DNA of 64,000 nt from an uncultured Chloroflexia bacterium (lineage in GTDB: Bacteria; Chloroflexota; Limnocylindria; Limnocylindrales; CSP1-4): NCBI GenBank assembly GCA_963766735.1, contig CAVYBU010000025.1, positions 32,001 to 96,000 on the forward strand, given 5' to 3'. Each line of letters starts with the position of its first letter. Within the stretch, counting starts at the first letter, position 1. The notes beneath the pieces are model-generated. The model was not told the DNA's origin. It made no database searches and was given only the letters and a program-made list of their open reading frames with translations. Below, in pieces: positions 51,851 to 61,466 of the stretch. Position numbers and translations under genes: made by a program.

Positions 51851-52834
51851 ATGGAGTACCGCAGGCTCGGCAAGACCGGTCGAGACGTGAGCGTCATCGG
51901 CTTTGGGGCATGGGCGATCGGGGCCGACTGGGGCACCGTGGACGACGCCGACAGCCTCCGCGCGCTCCACGCCGCCGCGGACGCCGGCGTGACGCTCATC
52001 GACACGGCTGACGTCTACGGGGACGGACACAGCGAGCAGGTCATCCGCCGCTTCCTCGGGGAGCGGCCCGGCGAGGCCTTCTTCGTGGCCACCAAGATCG
52101 GGCGCCGCGCTCCCCTGGACATGGCCGAATACACGCCCGAGGCCTTCCGCGCCTGGACGGATCGCAGCCGGGACAACCTCGGTATGGACACCCTGGACCT
52201 CGTCCAGCTGCACTGCCTGCACCCGTCGATCTACTACCACCCGGAGACCTTCGCCGCCATGGACGATCTGGTCGCCGCCGGCGCGATTGCGAGCTACGGC
52301 GTGAGCGTGGAGCGGGTGGAGGAGGGGCTCAAGGCGATGGAGTTCCCGGGCGTCGCCACGGTCCAGATCATCTTCAACATGTTCCGCCAGCGGCCGGCGG
52401 AGCGGTTCCTGGCCGAGGCGTTCCGGCGCGACGTCGGCGTCCTGGCACGGGTGCCCCTCGCGTCCGGCCTGCTGACCGGCAGGATGTCGGCCGCCACCCA
52501 GTTCGAGCCGACGGACCACCGCCTGTACAACCGCCAGGGTGCGTCGTTCGACCGGGGCGAGACGTTCGCGGGCGTGGACTACGAGACGGGCCTCGAGGTC
52601 GTGGACGCGCTCCGGGGGCTGGTCCCGGACGATGCCACCCTGGCCCAGCTGGCCCTCCGGTGGATCCTGATGCACGACGGCGTGACCGCCACCATCCCCG
52701 GCGCCAAGACCCCGGACCAGGCGCGTGCCAACGCCGCCGCCGCGGACCTGGCGCCGCTGCCCGCGGCGACGATGGAGCGTGTCGCCGAGCTCTACGAGAC
52801 GCGCATCAAGCCGCTTGTCCACCAGCGCTGGTAG
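51851..52834 (+). CDS. Aldo/keto reductase
   Basis: YRRLGKTG, DTADVYGDGHSE, DLVQLH, PLASGLL, IPGAK. Confidence 0.93.
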   Translation: MEYRRLGKTGRDVSVIGFGAWAIGADWGTVDDADSLRALHAAADAGVTLIDTADVYGDGHSEQVIRRFLGERPGEAFFVATKIGRRAPLDMAEYTPEAFRAWTDRSRDNLGMDTLDLVQLHCLHPSIYYHPETFAAMDDLVAAGAIASYGVSVERVEEGLKAMEFPGVATVQIIFNMFRQRPAERFLAEAFRRDVGVLARVPLASGLLTGRMSAATQFEPTDHRLYNRQGASFDRGETFAGVDYETGLEVVDALRGLVPDDATLAQLALRWILMHDGVTATIPGAKTPDQARANAAAADLAPLPAATMERVAELYETRIKPLVHQRW

Positions 52835-52847
52835 GAGAAGGACCACC

Positions 52848-54080
52848 GTGGGCACTCAGATCCGCATCACCGGCGCCGTGCTCACGGAGCGCGAGCACCG
52901 CGTCCCGCTGGACCACGCACGCCACGACGGTCCGTCCATCACCGTCTTCACCCGCGAGGTGGCCGCCCCGGACGGCCTCGACCGCCCGTACCTCGTGTTT
53001 CTCCAGGGCGGCCCCGGGTTCGAGGCCGCGCGCCCCACGAGCCCGCCCACCGGCTGGATGAAGCGGGCTCTCACCGAGTACCGCGTCCTGCTGCTCGACC
53101 AGCGCGGGACGGGCCGTTCCACCCCCGTTGGGTCGCAGATCCCCGGGGAGACGCCGGCCGACCAGGCCGCCTACCTGACCCACTTCCGGGCCGATGCCAT
53201 CGTCCGGGACGCCGAATGCATCCGGGATGAGCTGGGCGTGGATCGCTGGAGCGTGCTGGGGCAGAGCTTCGGCGGTTTCACATCGCTGACCTACCTCTCG
53301 ATCGCCCCCGAGGGGCTTCGGGAGGCGCTCATCACCGGCGGCCTCGCCCCAATCACGAACCGGCCGGTCGATGACGTCTACGGCGCCACGTGGGAGCGCC
53401 TCCGCGAGGCGAACCGACGCTACTTCGAGCGGTACCCGGACGACCGCGACCGCGTCGGCGAAGCCCATCGCCGCATCGAGGCGGAGGACGTCCGGCTGCC
53501 GTCCGGTGACCGGCTCACGGTCCGCCGGTTCCGGCAGATGGGCATGTGGCTGGGCAGCTCCGCAGGCTTCGAGCTCCTCCACCATGTCCTGGAGCTCCCG
53601 TTCGGCTCGCCAGCGTTCCTGCACGACGTGGAGGGCGCGACTCCCTGGACCCGCAACCCGATGTACGCGACCCTTCACGAATCGTCCTACGCGGACGGGG
53701 GCCCCACTCGCTGGTCGGCCCACCGGCTGACCCCGGACTGGCTGGACGGTTCCGAGGCGTTCACCGCGGAGCACGTCTTCCCGTGGATGTTCGAGGAGTA
53801 CGGCGGCCTGCGGCCCCACCGCGACGTGGCTGAGCTGCTGGCAGAGCACCCGTGGCCGCGCCTGTACGACGAGGCGCAGCTGGCCCGCAACGAGGTCCCC
53901 GTCGCCGCCACGATCTACGTGGACGACCTGTACGTGGAACGTGCCCTCGCCGAGCAGACGGCCGCGGCGGTCCGGGGCCTGCGACCCTGGATCACCAACG
54001 AGTACGCCCACAACGGCCTGCGCGCGGACGGCGAGCGCGTGGTCGGCCGGCTGATCGACCTGGTGAAGGGCCGAGCCTGA
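52848..54080 (+). CDS. Proline iminopeptidase-like alpha/beta hydrolase
   Basis: LQGGPG, DQRGTGRS, FRADAIV, GQSFGG, TNEYAHNG. Confidence 0.88.
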   Translation: MGTQIRITGAVLTEREHRVPLDHARHDGPSITVFTREVAAPDGLDRPYLVFLQGGPGFEAARPTSPPTGWMKRALTEYRVLLLDQRGTGRSTPVGSQIPGETPADQAAYLTHFRADAIVRDAECIRDELGVDRWSVLGQSFGGFTSLTYLSIAPEGLREALITGGLAPITNRPVDDVYGATWERLREANRRYFERYPDDRDRVGEAHRRIEAEDVRLPSGDRLTVRRFRQMGMWLGSSAGFELLHHVLELPFGSPAFLHDVEGATPWTRNPMYATLHESSYADGGPTRWSAHRLTPDWLDGSEAFTAEHVFPWMFEEYGGLRPHRDVAELLAEHPWPRLYDEAQLARNEVPVAATIYVDDLYVERALAEQTAAAVRGLRPWITNEYAHNGLRADGERVVGRLIDLVKGRA

Positions 54081-54100
54081 GCAAGAGGGAGGACCGGACG

Positions 54101-55072
54101 ATGAGTGACGACGAGCTCGACCGCCGGCCGGAGCCGATCGGTCCACCCAACGCCATGGAGGTTCCGCGGTTTGCGGGGCCGGACACGTTCGCGCGGCTGC
54201 CGCGGCTCGACGATGTTGGGACGGCCGCGGTGGCGCTGGTCGGTGTGCCGTTCGACGCCGGTGTCTCGTATCGCAGCGGAGCCCGGTTCGGGCCTGCGGC
54301 GATCCGCGCCGGGTCGAAGCTCCTCCGCCCCTACCACCCGGGCCTGGACGTGGAGCCGTGGCGCCACCACCAGGTGGCCGATGCGGGTGACATCGCCTGC
54401 AACCCCTTCGACATCGGCGAGGCCATCGCTGCGATCGAGGCCGGTGCCACGGAGCTCGCGACCCGAGCAGACAGGCTCGTGGCCCTGGGCGGCGATCACA
54501 CGATCGCCCTCCCCCTCGTGCGGGCGCTGCACCGGCGGCGCGGCCCGCTGGCGCTCGTCCACTTCGACGCCCATCTCGACACCTGGGACACGTACTTCGG
54601 GGAGCCCTACACGCACGGAACGCCCTTCCGGCGGGCGTTCGAGGAGGGGCTCCTGGCGAGCGAGCGATCGGTGCACGTCGGCATCCGCGGACCGCTCTAC
54701 TCGACGGTGGACCTCCAGCAGGACGCCGGCATGGGCTTCGAGGTCATCTCGACGGCGGACGTGGCGCGTGCGGGCGTCGACCACGTGATCGGACGCATCC
54801 GCGAGCGCGTCGGCAGCACGCCCGTGTATGTCAGCGTGGACATCGACGTCCTCGATCCAGCGCACGCGCCCGGGACGGGGACGCCCGAGCCCGGTGGCCT
54901 CACCACGCGCGAACTGCAGTTCATCCTGCGCGGCATGGACGGCCTGGACCTCGCCGGCGCGGACGTGGTGGAGGTCTCGCCCGCCTATGACCACGCGGAG
55001 CTGACGGCGCTGGCTGCGGCGAACATCGCCTACGAGTACCTCGGCCTGTTCGCGCGGGCATCCACGGAGTAG
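54101..55072 (+). CDS. speB: Agmatinase / ureohydrolase
   Basis: GARFGP, GGDHT, DAHLD, HGTPF, DIDVLDP..APGTGTPE.GG. Confidence 0.9.
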   Translation: MSDDELDRRPEPIGPPNAMEVPRFAGPDTFARLPRLDDVGTAAVALVGVPFDAGVSYRSGARFGPAAIRAGSKLLRPYHPGLDVEPWRHHQVADAGDIACNPFDIGEAIAAIEAGATELATRADRLVALGGDHTIALPLVRALHRRRGPLALVHFDAHLDTWDTYFGEPYTHGTPFRRAFEEGLLASERSVHVGIRGPLYSTVDLQQDAGMGFEVISTADVARAGVDHVIGRIRERVGSTPVYVSVDIDVLDPAHAPGTGTPEPGGLTTRELQFILRGMDGLDLAGADVVEVSPAYDHAELTALAAANIAYEYLGLFARASTE

Positions 55073-55210
55073 CAGGCGCCCAGACTGGCCATTCGGCGGC
55101 ATGTTCGACGCGCGGGCGGCGCCCGATCCCCGGACGGCGCATGATGCCCCGGACGGCGCTGCATGCGACCCGCTTCGCGCCATCAGTCACGGTTCGGAGG
55201 ATCAGCTCAC

Positions 55211-55279
55211 ATGGACAAGAAGGCGAAGACACCCAAGAAGCCGAAGACCGCCAAGCCGAAGGCTCCCAAGGGGTCCTGA
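55211..55279 (+). CDS. Candidate 22-aa lysine-rich microprotein
   Basis: GGAGG RBS then MDKKAKTPKKPKTAKPKAPKGS-stop; all eight Lys codons are AAG. Confidence 0.5.
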   Translation: MDKKAKTPKKPKTAKPKAPKGS

Positions 55280-55352
55280 CGCCACATTCGCCCGAGGCGT
55301 TGCCGGGCGCCGCCGCGAAAGCTGGGGCGCGGCCCCGGCTGCCGGCCCTGCC

Positions 55353-56021
55353 TCAGGGTGCGACCAGACCCCACCGGGGGCCGGTGCTCGCTCCATCCGG
55401 AGCCGCCGAGGGGGCGGCCTCCGGCGGGGAGCTCTCGAACAGGTAGCTGAACTCCGCGCCGTTGTGGCAGACCCAGCAGTTCTCGCGGTCGGCCATCGCG
55501 TCCGGCAGGGGCGCATGCTCGTCAACGCCGTGACAGGACAGACAGGGCTTGTCGCCGCCCATGTGCTCGGGGCGCATCGGCGCGCCGCTCGTCCCCGACG
55601 CCAGCTCCGCGTTCACCTGGTGACAGACCAGGCAGTCCTGGGTGTGCAGGCTCGAGTGTCCAGGGGCGGTCTCCACCAGGGCATCCTTCGCGTGGCAGAG
55701 GGTGCAGTCCCGGAAGCCCCACACCGGATGGCCCAGCTTGGGGATCGGCTTGGTGCCCACGGTTCCCGCGATCGTGAGGTGACAGCCTTCGCAGTTGGCG
55801 TCCTTCGGCATCTCGATGGCGATCGGCGACAGCGCCATGCCGGACCCTGGGGTCGGCGCCGGCGTGACGATCGGGGTCGGCGTGGGGGCCTGGAAGGCGG
55901 TCAACCCGCTGACGTCCGGCAGCGCCACCAGCAGCAGGAAGCCGGCCACGACGCAGATGCCCGCCGTGAGCGCGGCGATGGTGAGTCGGTAGGCGCGCCG
56001 GGAGGCGGCGGGGCCGGTCAC
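55353..56021 (-). CDS. Membrane-anchored pentaheme c-type cytochrome
   Basis: N-terminal TM helix; five CxxCH motifs (CEGCH, CTLCH, CLVCH, CLSCH, CWVCH). Confidence 0.88.
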   Translation of the reverse strand: MTGPAASRRAYRLTIAALTAGICVVAGFLLLVALPDVSGLTAFQAPTPTPIVTPAPTPGSGMALSPIAIEMPKDANCEGCHLTIAGTVGTKPIPKLGHPVWGFRDCTLCHAKDALVETAPGHSSLHTQDCLVCHQVNAELASGTSGAPMRPEHMGGDKPCLSCHGVDEHAPLPDAMADRENCWVCHNGAEFSYLFESSPPEAAPSAAPDGASTGPRWGLVAP

Positions 56022-57391
56022 GACTGGGCTCCAAGCTTGATGGCGGCGACCTCGACGGGCGCAGGCGAGTCCTGGGCGCCGTCCCGCGCCGGGGAGGCGG
56101 TGTCATGGGCGTCGTGGTCGTGGTCCGCGTCGTGCCGACGGACCCATGGCCAGTTGATGCCCACGTGCACGTCCGTCTCGCCCATGTCCAGGTAGCGCTC
56201 CGCGAGGGTGTAGGTCAGGGCGAGGAGGGCGAGACCACCCACGAAGAGCGAGATCTCGACCATCGTGGGCTCGTAGGAGGCGTAGGGGTACGAGATCGTG
56301 CCGGCCGCCGTCGTGGTGGGGAAGATCTGGCCCGCCATGACGAAGCTGTACCGGTCGGCGAACACCCCGACCAGGACCAGGATCGAGGCTGCGAGCGTCC
56401 CGGCCGGGTTCCGCGTCATCGGCATCAGGAGCAGCAGGGCCGGCGCCACCAGGCCGGCGATCACGCGAACGCCCCAGAACTGGAGGGCCAACGGGCCGCT
56501 GACGAGGGCCACCGTGGCCTCGCGGTGCCCGGGGACGGTCCCCGTGAGCCCGGCGACGACCTGCCGGATGACCAGCGCACTGACGATCACCAGCCCGATG
56601 GCCAGGAGGAAGCGCACGGACGGCAGGGCGATGGAGGCGGACCGCTCATGGTCCGCGAGGCGAAGCCGGTGCACCGCGTAGAACACGATGCCCAGGAGCG
56701 CCGTCCCGGCGAGGAACGCCGATGCGACCATCTGGATCGGGGTGAAGATGCCGAACCAGTAGGGCTTGGCGGCGAGGACTCCGAACACCGCGCCCAGGGT
56801 GAACGGGGCCAGGATCGCGACGCACGCGGCCAGGGTGCACGCCCACTGGTGGATCCTGGGGTGGTCGGAGAACATGCTCCAGACCTCGACCAGGAGCACC
56901 ACGAGGTAGCCGCCGTAGAACACGCCCATCCACCACATCGGGGAGCTGGGCGAGGGCACGAACACCGCGCCGAACACCATCCGCACCGGGTAGTGCAGGT
57001 CCAGCGCGATGATCACGAACGCGGTCGAGAGGCTGAGGACGGCCAGGATCGCGTGCCGCTTCTCGAACGGACGGAAGCGCTCGATCCCGAACACCGTGCC
57101 CAGCGAGGAGGCGAGGCACAGCCCGCTGGTCATGATCGCGAAGAAGACGTAGGCCACGATCATGAGGCCCCACTCGAAGCTCGGCGTCGTGCCGAACACC
57201 TCCCAGCCCGGGGGCAGGGAGAGGAGCGCGGCGATGGACGCGATCGCGAGGACCGCCAGCAGGCCGCCGATCCAGAGGCGGAGCCCGAACGGCATGGAGC
57301 GCACCTCGCGCACCACGGCGGCGCCGGCGGCGCGCGGGCCGATGGGGACGGTCCGCCCGCCGAGGTGGAGCGTGTGTCCGGATGCGGTCAT
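56018..57391 (-). CDS. NrfD/PsrC/DsrP-family membrane quinol-interacting subunit
   Basis: WGLMIVAYVFF, DLHYP.R, SSPMWW, about 10 TM, DRYSFV..GQ. Confidence 0.9.
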   Translation of the reverse strand: MTASGHTLHLGGRTVPIGPRAAGAAVVREVRSMPFGLRLWIGGLLAVLAIASIAALLSLPPGWEVFGTTPSFEWGLMIVAYVFFAIMTSGLCLASSLGTVFGIERFRPFEKRHAILAVLSLSTAFVIIALDLHYPVRMVFGAVFVPSPSSPMWWMGVFYGGYLVVLLVEVWSMFSDHPRIHQWACTLAACVAILAPFTLGAVFGVLAAKPYWFGIFTPIQMVASAFLAGTALLGIVFYAVHRLRLADHERSASIALPSVRFLLAIGLVIVSALVIRQVVAGLTGTVPGHREATVALVSGPLALQFWGVRVIAGLVAPALLLLMPMTRNPAGTLAASILVLVGVFADRYSFVMAGQIFPTTTAAGTISYPYASYEPTMVEISLFVGGLALLALTYTLAERYLDMGETDVHVGINWPWVRRHDADHDHDAHDTASPARDGAQDSPAPVEVAAIKLGAQS

Positions 57392-57394
57392 CGC

Positions 57395-58330
57395 TCAGGC
57401 CTCCTCGACCGACGGACCGAGGTAGAGCACACGGGGTTTCGTGCCGTACTCGGGGTGGAGCATCTGGGGGTCCTGCTCGCGCAGGATCTGCGCGACCTCG
57501 CTGGTCTCGTCCGCCGCGTCGCCGAACTTGCGGGAACCGACGGGGCAGATCTCGACGCAGGCAGGGAGCTGGCCCTGGTTGATGCGGTGGTAGCACCAGG
57601 TGCACTTGTCGGCGACACCGGGCGTCGTCTCGTCCTCGGCGCCGGCCTCGGCCGGCACCAGGTAGCGGGCCCCGTACGGGCAGGCGACGATGCAGTACCC
57701 GCAGCCGATGCACCGGCGGGCGTCCACCAGGATCACCCCGTCATCGGTGTGGTACGTGGCGCCGACCGGGCACACGGAGGTGCACGGGGAGTCCTCGCAC
57801 TGCATGCACAGGCGCGGCTGGAAGTGCGAGGCCTCAACGGCCTTGCCGGCGGCACCGGGCGCGGTGGACTCGGCCGGGAAGCCGTCGATGCCACCGTGCG
57901 GGGAGTCCACGTACAGGGTTCCGTCGGTGGTCGTGGTGTGGCGCTCCACCCAGGTCCGGGTGAAGACCGGCTCCTCGACGACGTGGTTCTCTTCCTTGCA
58001 CGCGACCACGCACAGGCCGCAGCCGATGCACGTCGCGGTGTCCACCACGAACGTCCACTGCTTGCTCGCGGGGTCGTAGGTGGGGACGATCGGGCTGACC
58101 GCCTCGCTGTCGTCGGCGAACACCGGGATGAAGCGCGCGAGCGCCACGGCGCCGACGAGGCCGCCCGCGACCGCGAGGCCGAAGCCGAGGAAGGCGCGGC
58201 GGCTCGTCGACACGACCGAGATGGCCGGGGCGAGCTCGGTCAGCGGGACGAGCGAGTCGCGATCCGGCGCCTCCGCCGGGGTGGGTGCAACGGGAGCCGC
58301 CGGGGCCCCGTCGTTCAGCGGTTCGCTCAT
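57395..58330 (-). CDS. Tat-exported 4x[4Fe-4S] protein (NrfC/DsrO/HybA-like)
   Basis: SRRAFL twin-arginine motif; CIGCGLCVVAC, CMQC...CTSVCP, CIGCGYCIVACP, CTWC...CVEICP. Confidence 0.92.
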   Translation of the reverse strand: MSEPLNDGAPAAPVAPTPAEAPDRDSLVPLTELAPAISVVSTSRRAFLGFGLAVAGGLVGAVALARFIPVFADDSEAVSPIVPTYDPASKQWTFVVDTATCIGCGLCVVACKEENHVVEEPVFTRTWVERHTTTTDGTLYVDSPHGGIDGFPAESTAPGAAGKAVEASHFQPRLCMQCEDSPCTSVCPVGATYHTDDGVILVDARRCIGCGYCIVACPYGARYLVPAEAGAEDETTPGVADKCTWCYHRINQGQLPACVEICPVGSRKFGDAADETSEVAQILREQDPQMLHPEYGTKPRVLYLGPSVEEA

Positions 58331-59016
58331 GATGCTCCACCGGTGTCGTCGGCCGGGCCGCGGCCCGGTGCGTGGCAGTCGAGGCACGGCTTGTCATCGG
58401 ACGTGCCGGCCGGATGGCGCTGGACGCGGTGCTTGAAGCCCTCGGGCCCGTGGCACACGAGGCACGGAGGCAGCTTCTCCAGGGGATGCTCCACCACGGG
58501 CGGCCGGTTGGCGACGCCGGTGTGCGGGTCGTGGCAGGCGAGGCAGGTCGACACGTAGTGCTCGGTGGGGATGATCCCGCGGAGACCCTCCGGGCGGCCA
58601 GTGGCCTGGACGTGGCAGCGGATGCAGACCTCGTCGGTCGGGACCGCGATCTTCACCGTATCGCCGCCGGGAGCCTCGCTCTCCAGCGTGTGCTCGAGCA
58701 GGGCTCCGTGGCAGCTCTGGCAGCCGATGCCGACGTGGCTCTTGCTGACCAGCTTCTTGGCCTGCGGCTCGTGGCACTCCGCGCAGGTGGAGGAGCTGGC
58801 AAAGGTGAGCTCGCGGGCGGCGGTCAGCTTCGCGTCGACGTCCCGGTGGAGCGAGAAGTCGAGGTACGGGGACCAGGCCATGGCCGCGCCGACGAACAGG
58901 CCGACGGACAGGACGCCGGCGCCGGCGATGATGCCGGCCGTGGCGAGGACGGCGCCACGGCGGGTGCGCGGCCTGACCGAGACCCAGAAGCGGCGGGGCC
59001 GCAGCGACGTCTTCAC
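58327..59016 (-). CDS. Membrane-anchored hexaheme c-type cytochrome
   Basis: N-terminal TM helix; six CxxCH motifs (CAECH, CQSCH, CIRCH, CLACH, CLVCH, CLDCH). Confidence 0.88.
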   Translation of the reverse strand: MKTSLRPRRFWVSVRPRTRRGAVLATAGIIAGAGVLSVGLFVGAAMAWSPYLDFSLHRDVDAKLTAARELTFASSSTCAECHEPQAKKLVSKSHVGIGCQSCHGALLEHTLESEAPGGDTVKIAVPTDEVCIRCHVQATGRPEGLRGIIPTEHYVSTCLACHDPHTGVANRPPVVEHPLEKLPPCLVCHGPEGFKHRVQRHPAGTSDDKPCLDCHAPGRGPADDTGGAS

Positions 59017-59729
59017 AGTGTGGAGGCGTTCAGCAGACCGCGGCGGACCGTGTAGCGGAGGAGCTCGACCCGGTCGTGCAGGTCAAGCTTCTCCATCAGG
59101 TTCGCGCGGTTGTAGTGGACGGTCTGCTCGGACAGGCGCAGCGAGCGGGCGATATCCCGGTTGGTGTGCCCCATCGCTGCCAGGAGAAGGATCTGGCGCT
59201 CACGGTCCGACAGCGTCTCGTACGGGTCGTCGATCCCGGCGTCCGGGCTGCGTCGCACGTAGGTGTTGATCATCCGGGTGACGATCGCGGGGCTCACATA
59301 GGTGTGGCCGGCTGCGACGCTGCGGACGGCAGCCACGACGTCGGTGCCCTGGGCCTCGCGGGTGAGGAACCCGTTGGCGCCGGCCTTGAGCGCGAGCGAG
59401 AACTGCTCGGTGGCACAGCGGCAGTCGAGAGCGATGATCTTCGCGTGCGGGCAGGCCGTGCGGAACGCTTCGATGGCCTCGTAGGTCCCGCAGCCAAAGC
59501 CGCCGATGCCCTCGCACTCCATGACGATGACATCGGCGTTGCTGGCACGGGCGTCGTCGGCGATGGACTCGCGCGCGGTGGCCTCGGCAACGACGCCCAT
59601 GTCGCGCTCCTGGTCGATCACGTCCCGGAACGCCGTGCTGAGCATCGGGAAGTCGACGATCGCGAGCATGACCCCAAGACGGGTCGTCTCAGCGACACCG
59701 TCGGCCTTCGTGTCGCGGGTGGTCGTCAT
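59013..59729 (-). CDS. NarL/LuxR-type regulator with an atypical, Cys-rich receiver domain
   Basis: LSDRERQIL...GHTNRDIA..L.LSEQTV HTH; receiver reads VIVMECEG at the phospho-Asp site. Confidence 0.85.
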   Translation of the reverse strand: MTTTRDTKADGVAETTRLGVMLAIVDFPMLSTAFRDVIDQERDMGVVAEATARESIADDARASNADVIVMECEGIGGFGCGTYEAIEAFRTACPHAKIIALDCRCATEQFSLALKAGANGFLTREAQGTDVVAAVRSVAAGHTYVSPAIVTRMINTYVRRSPDAGIDDPYETLSDRERQILLLAAMGHTNRDIARSLRLSEQTVHYNRANLMEKLDLHDRVELLRYTVRRGLLNASTL

Positions 59730-59743
59730 CGGATATCCGCCGC

Positions 59744-60115
59744 TCAGCGCGGCTGGGACCCGTGGTTCGGCTGATTGCCCGTGCCCTTCTGGTCCGCGGT
59801 ATCCTCGCGGCCGTGATGGCGCACGACCGCGGCCCAGCCGAACGGCATCGCCAGCATGAACACCGTCACGAACGCGGCGCCGGCGATGGCCGCCGGGGTG
59901 CCCAGCGTGAACAGCAGGATGTGGATGCCGACGAAGGCGATCCCCGACCCGCACCAGAGGGTGAGCGTGACGAGCCCGAGCCAGGCGGCGATTCGTGCGC
60001 CCCGGCCGCCCTTGGACCCGTACGCGAACCAGATGATCAACCCGACGATGCCCTCGACGAGGATCAACATCGGGACGATCAGTGCGATGTCCTCGGTGAT
60101 TTCTGCGATCTGCAT
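59744..60115 (-). CDS. Small 3-TM membrane protein, hypothetical
   Basis: MQIAEITED... followed by three hydrophobic helices; first gene of the cytochrome operon. Confidence 0.65.
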   Translation of the reverse strand: MQIAEITEDIALIVPMLILVEGIVGLIIWFAYGSKGGRGARIAAWLGLVTLTLWCGSGIAFVGIHILLFTLGTPAAIAGAAFVTVFMLAMPFGWAAVVRHHGREDTADQKGTGNQPNHGSQPR

Positions 60116-60280
60116 GTGCAACGCTCCACCGCTATCGACACTGAGACCGGTCGATGTCAGTGATCGTCGCCCTGAACAGGGGCGCCCGGACAGACACGTG
60201 GGCGTCGAGACGAACCTGCGTGGGTGCCTAACCTGAACGACGGTTGGCGACATTTCGGCGACGGAGGTGGGTATCGAATG

Positions 60281-60340
60281 CCGACGGCCGTCGGAATCGC
60301 ACCCCACGCGCGTCGGAATCGCCCCCATGGCCGTCGGAGC
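60281..60340. promoter_or_regulatory. Candidate operator array upstream of the cytochrome operon
   Basis: Palindrome CCGACGGCCGTCGG plus CGTCGGA repeats starting at 60289, 60311 and 60332. Confidence 0.45.
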
Positions 60341-60401
60341 CCGTGCTCACGACAGCCCTTGGGCGCCTTCGTTTCGGGCTCACGACGCGAACCCGCCATC
60401 G

Positions 60402-61466
60402 TCAGGCGGGCAGGGTCACCCAGAACGTGGTCCGGCCGTCTTCGGAGGCAACGCCCACCTGGCCGCCGGCCCCTTCGACGAGCTGCCGGACGATCGTGAG
60501 GCCGATGCCGGCCCCGCCTTGCGCCCGGTCGCGGGACTTCTCGACGCGATAGAACCGCTCCCACACTCGAGGGAGATCCCCGGGCGGGATCGCGGGGCCC
60601 GTGTTCATCACGCGGACGCGGACGCCGGCCGTCACCCGGTCCGCGGTCACCCGGACATCGCCGCCTTCGGGGGTGTATCTCTGGGCGTTCTGGAGAAGGT
60701 TGGCCATCACCTGGGTCAGCTCGTCCGGACGCGCCCGCGCGACGAGGCCCCCTGGCGCGTCAATGGCCAGCGAGATCCGCCTCCGCGCCAGCGCGGGCGC
60801 CACCAGGTCCGCGGCCGTTCGAACTGCGACCCCCACGTCCACGTCGCGGGCCGCATCGCGCGCATCACCGGCGCCTGACAGGACGTCCAGCGACGCCGCC
60901 AGCCGCGTCAGCCGGTCGACCTCCTCCCGCAACGAGTCAAAGGTGGCCGGATCCGGGGGCAGCACGCCGTCCCGGAGCGCCTCGAGGTAGCCCTGCAGGT
61001 TGGTCAGCGGCGTCCGCAGCTCGTGCGACGCGTTGACGATGAACTCCCGGCGGATCGCCTCCTGCTCGGCCAGGCGTTCCGCCATCCTGTTGTAGGCAAC
61101 CGCCAGCGCCCTGAGCTCCGCCGGCCCCGTCTCCGGGACGCGGGCGTCAAGGTCTCCGGCCGCGATCCGGCCCGCTCCCTCGGCAAGGCGTTCGACCGGC
61201 CGCGCAAGGCGCCGGGCGAGCAGCATCGCGAGCGCGGTCGCCGCCACCGCCGCGAGGGCCGCCGCCAGCGCGAACACGGCTGTGACGCTGGAATCGAACA
61301 TCTCCCGGGCGTGATCGGCGCTGTCGCCGGCGGCCATCATCAGGGTGGCGAACGCGTCTCCGCCCACGCGAAGGACTCCCGCCGCCACCACGACCAGCGC
61401 CACGCCGGCCACCGCCATCGCGGCCAGGAGGAACCGCGTCGCGAAGCGGTCCGGCCCCCGGTTCAT
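60402..61466 (-). CDS. Sensor histidine kinase (HAMP-HisKA-HATPase, BaeS-like)
   Basis: Two TM helices, SHELRTPL, NLLQNA, ERFYRV, GAGIGL. Confidence 0.93.
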   Translation of the reverse strand: MNRGPDRFATRFLLAAMAVAGVALVVVAAGVLRVGGDAFATLMMAAGDSADHAREMFDSSVTAVFALAAALAAVAATALAMLLARRLARPVERLAEGAGRIAAGDLDARVPETGPAELRALAVAYNRMAERLAEQEAIRREFIVNASHELRTPLTNLQGYLEALRDGVLPPDPATFDSLREEVDRLTRLAASLDVLSGAGDARDAARDVDVGVAVRTAADLVAPALARRRISLAIDAPGGLVARARPDELTQVMANLLQNAQRYTPEGGDVRVTADRVTAGVRVRVMNTGPAIPPGDLPRVWERFYRVEKSRDRAQGGAGIGLTIVRQLVEGAGGQVGVASEDGRTTFWVTLPA

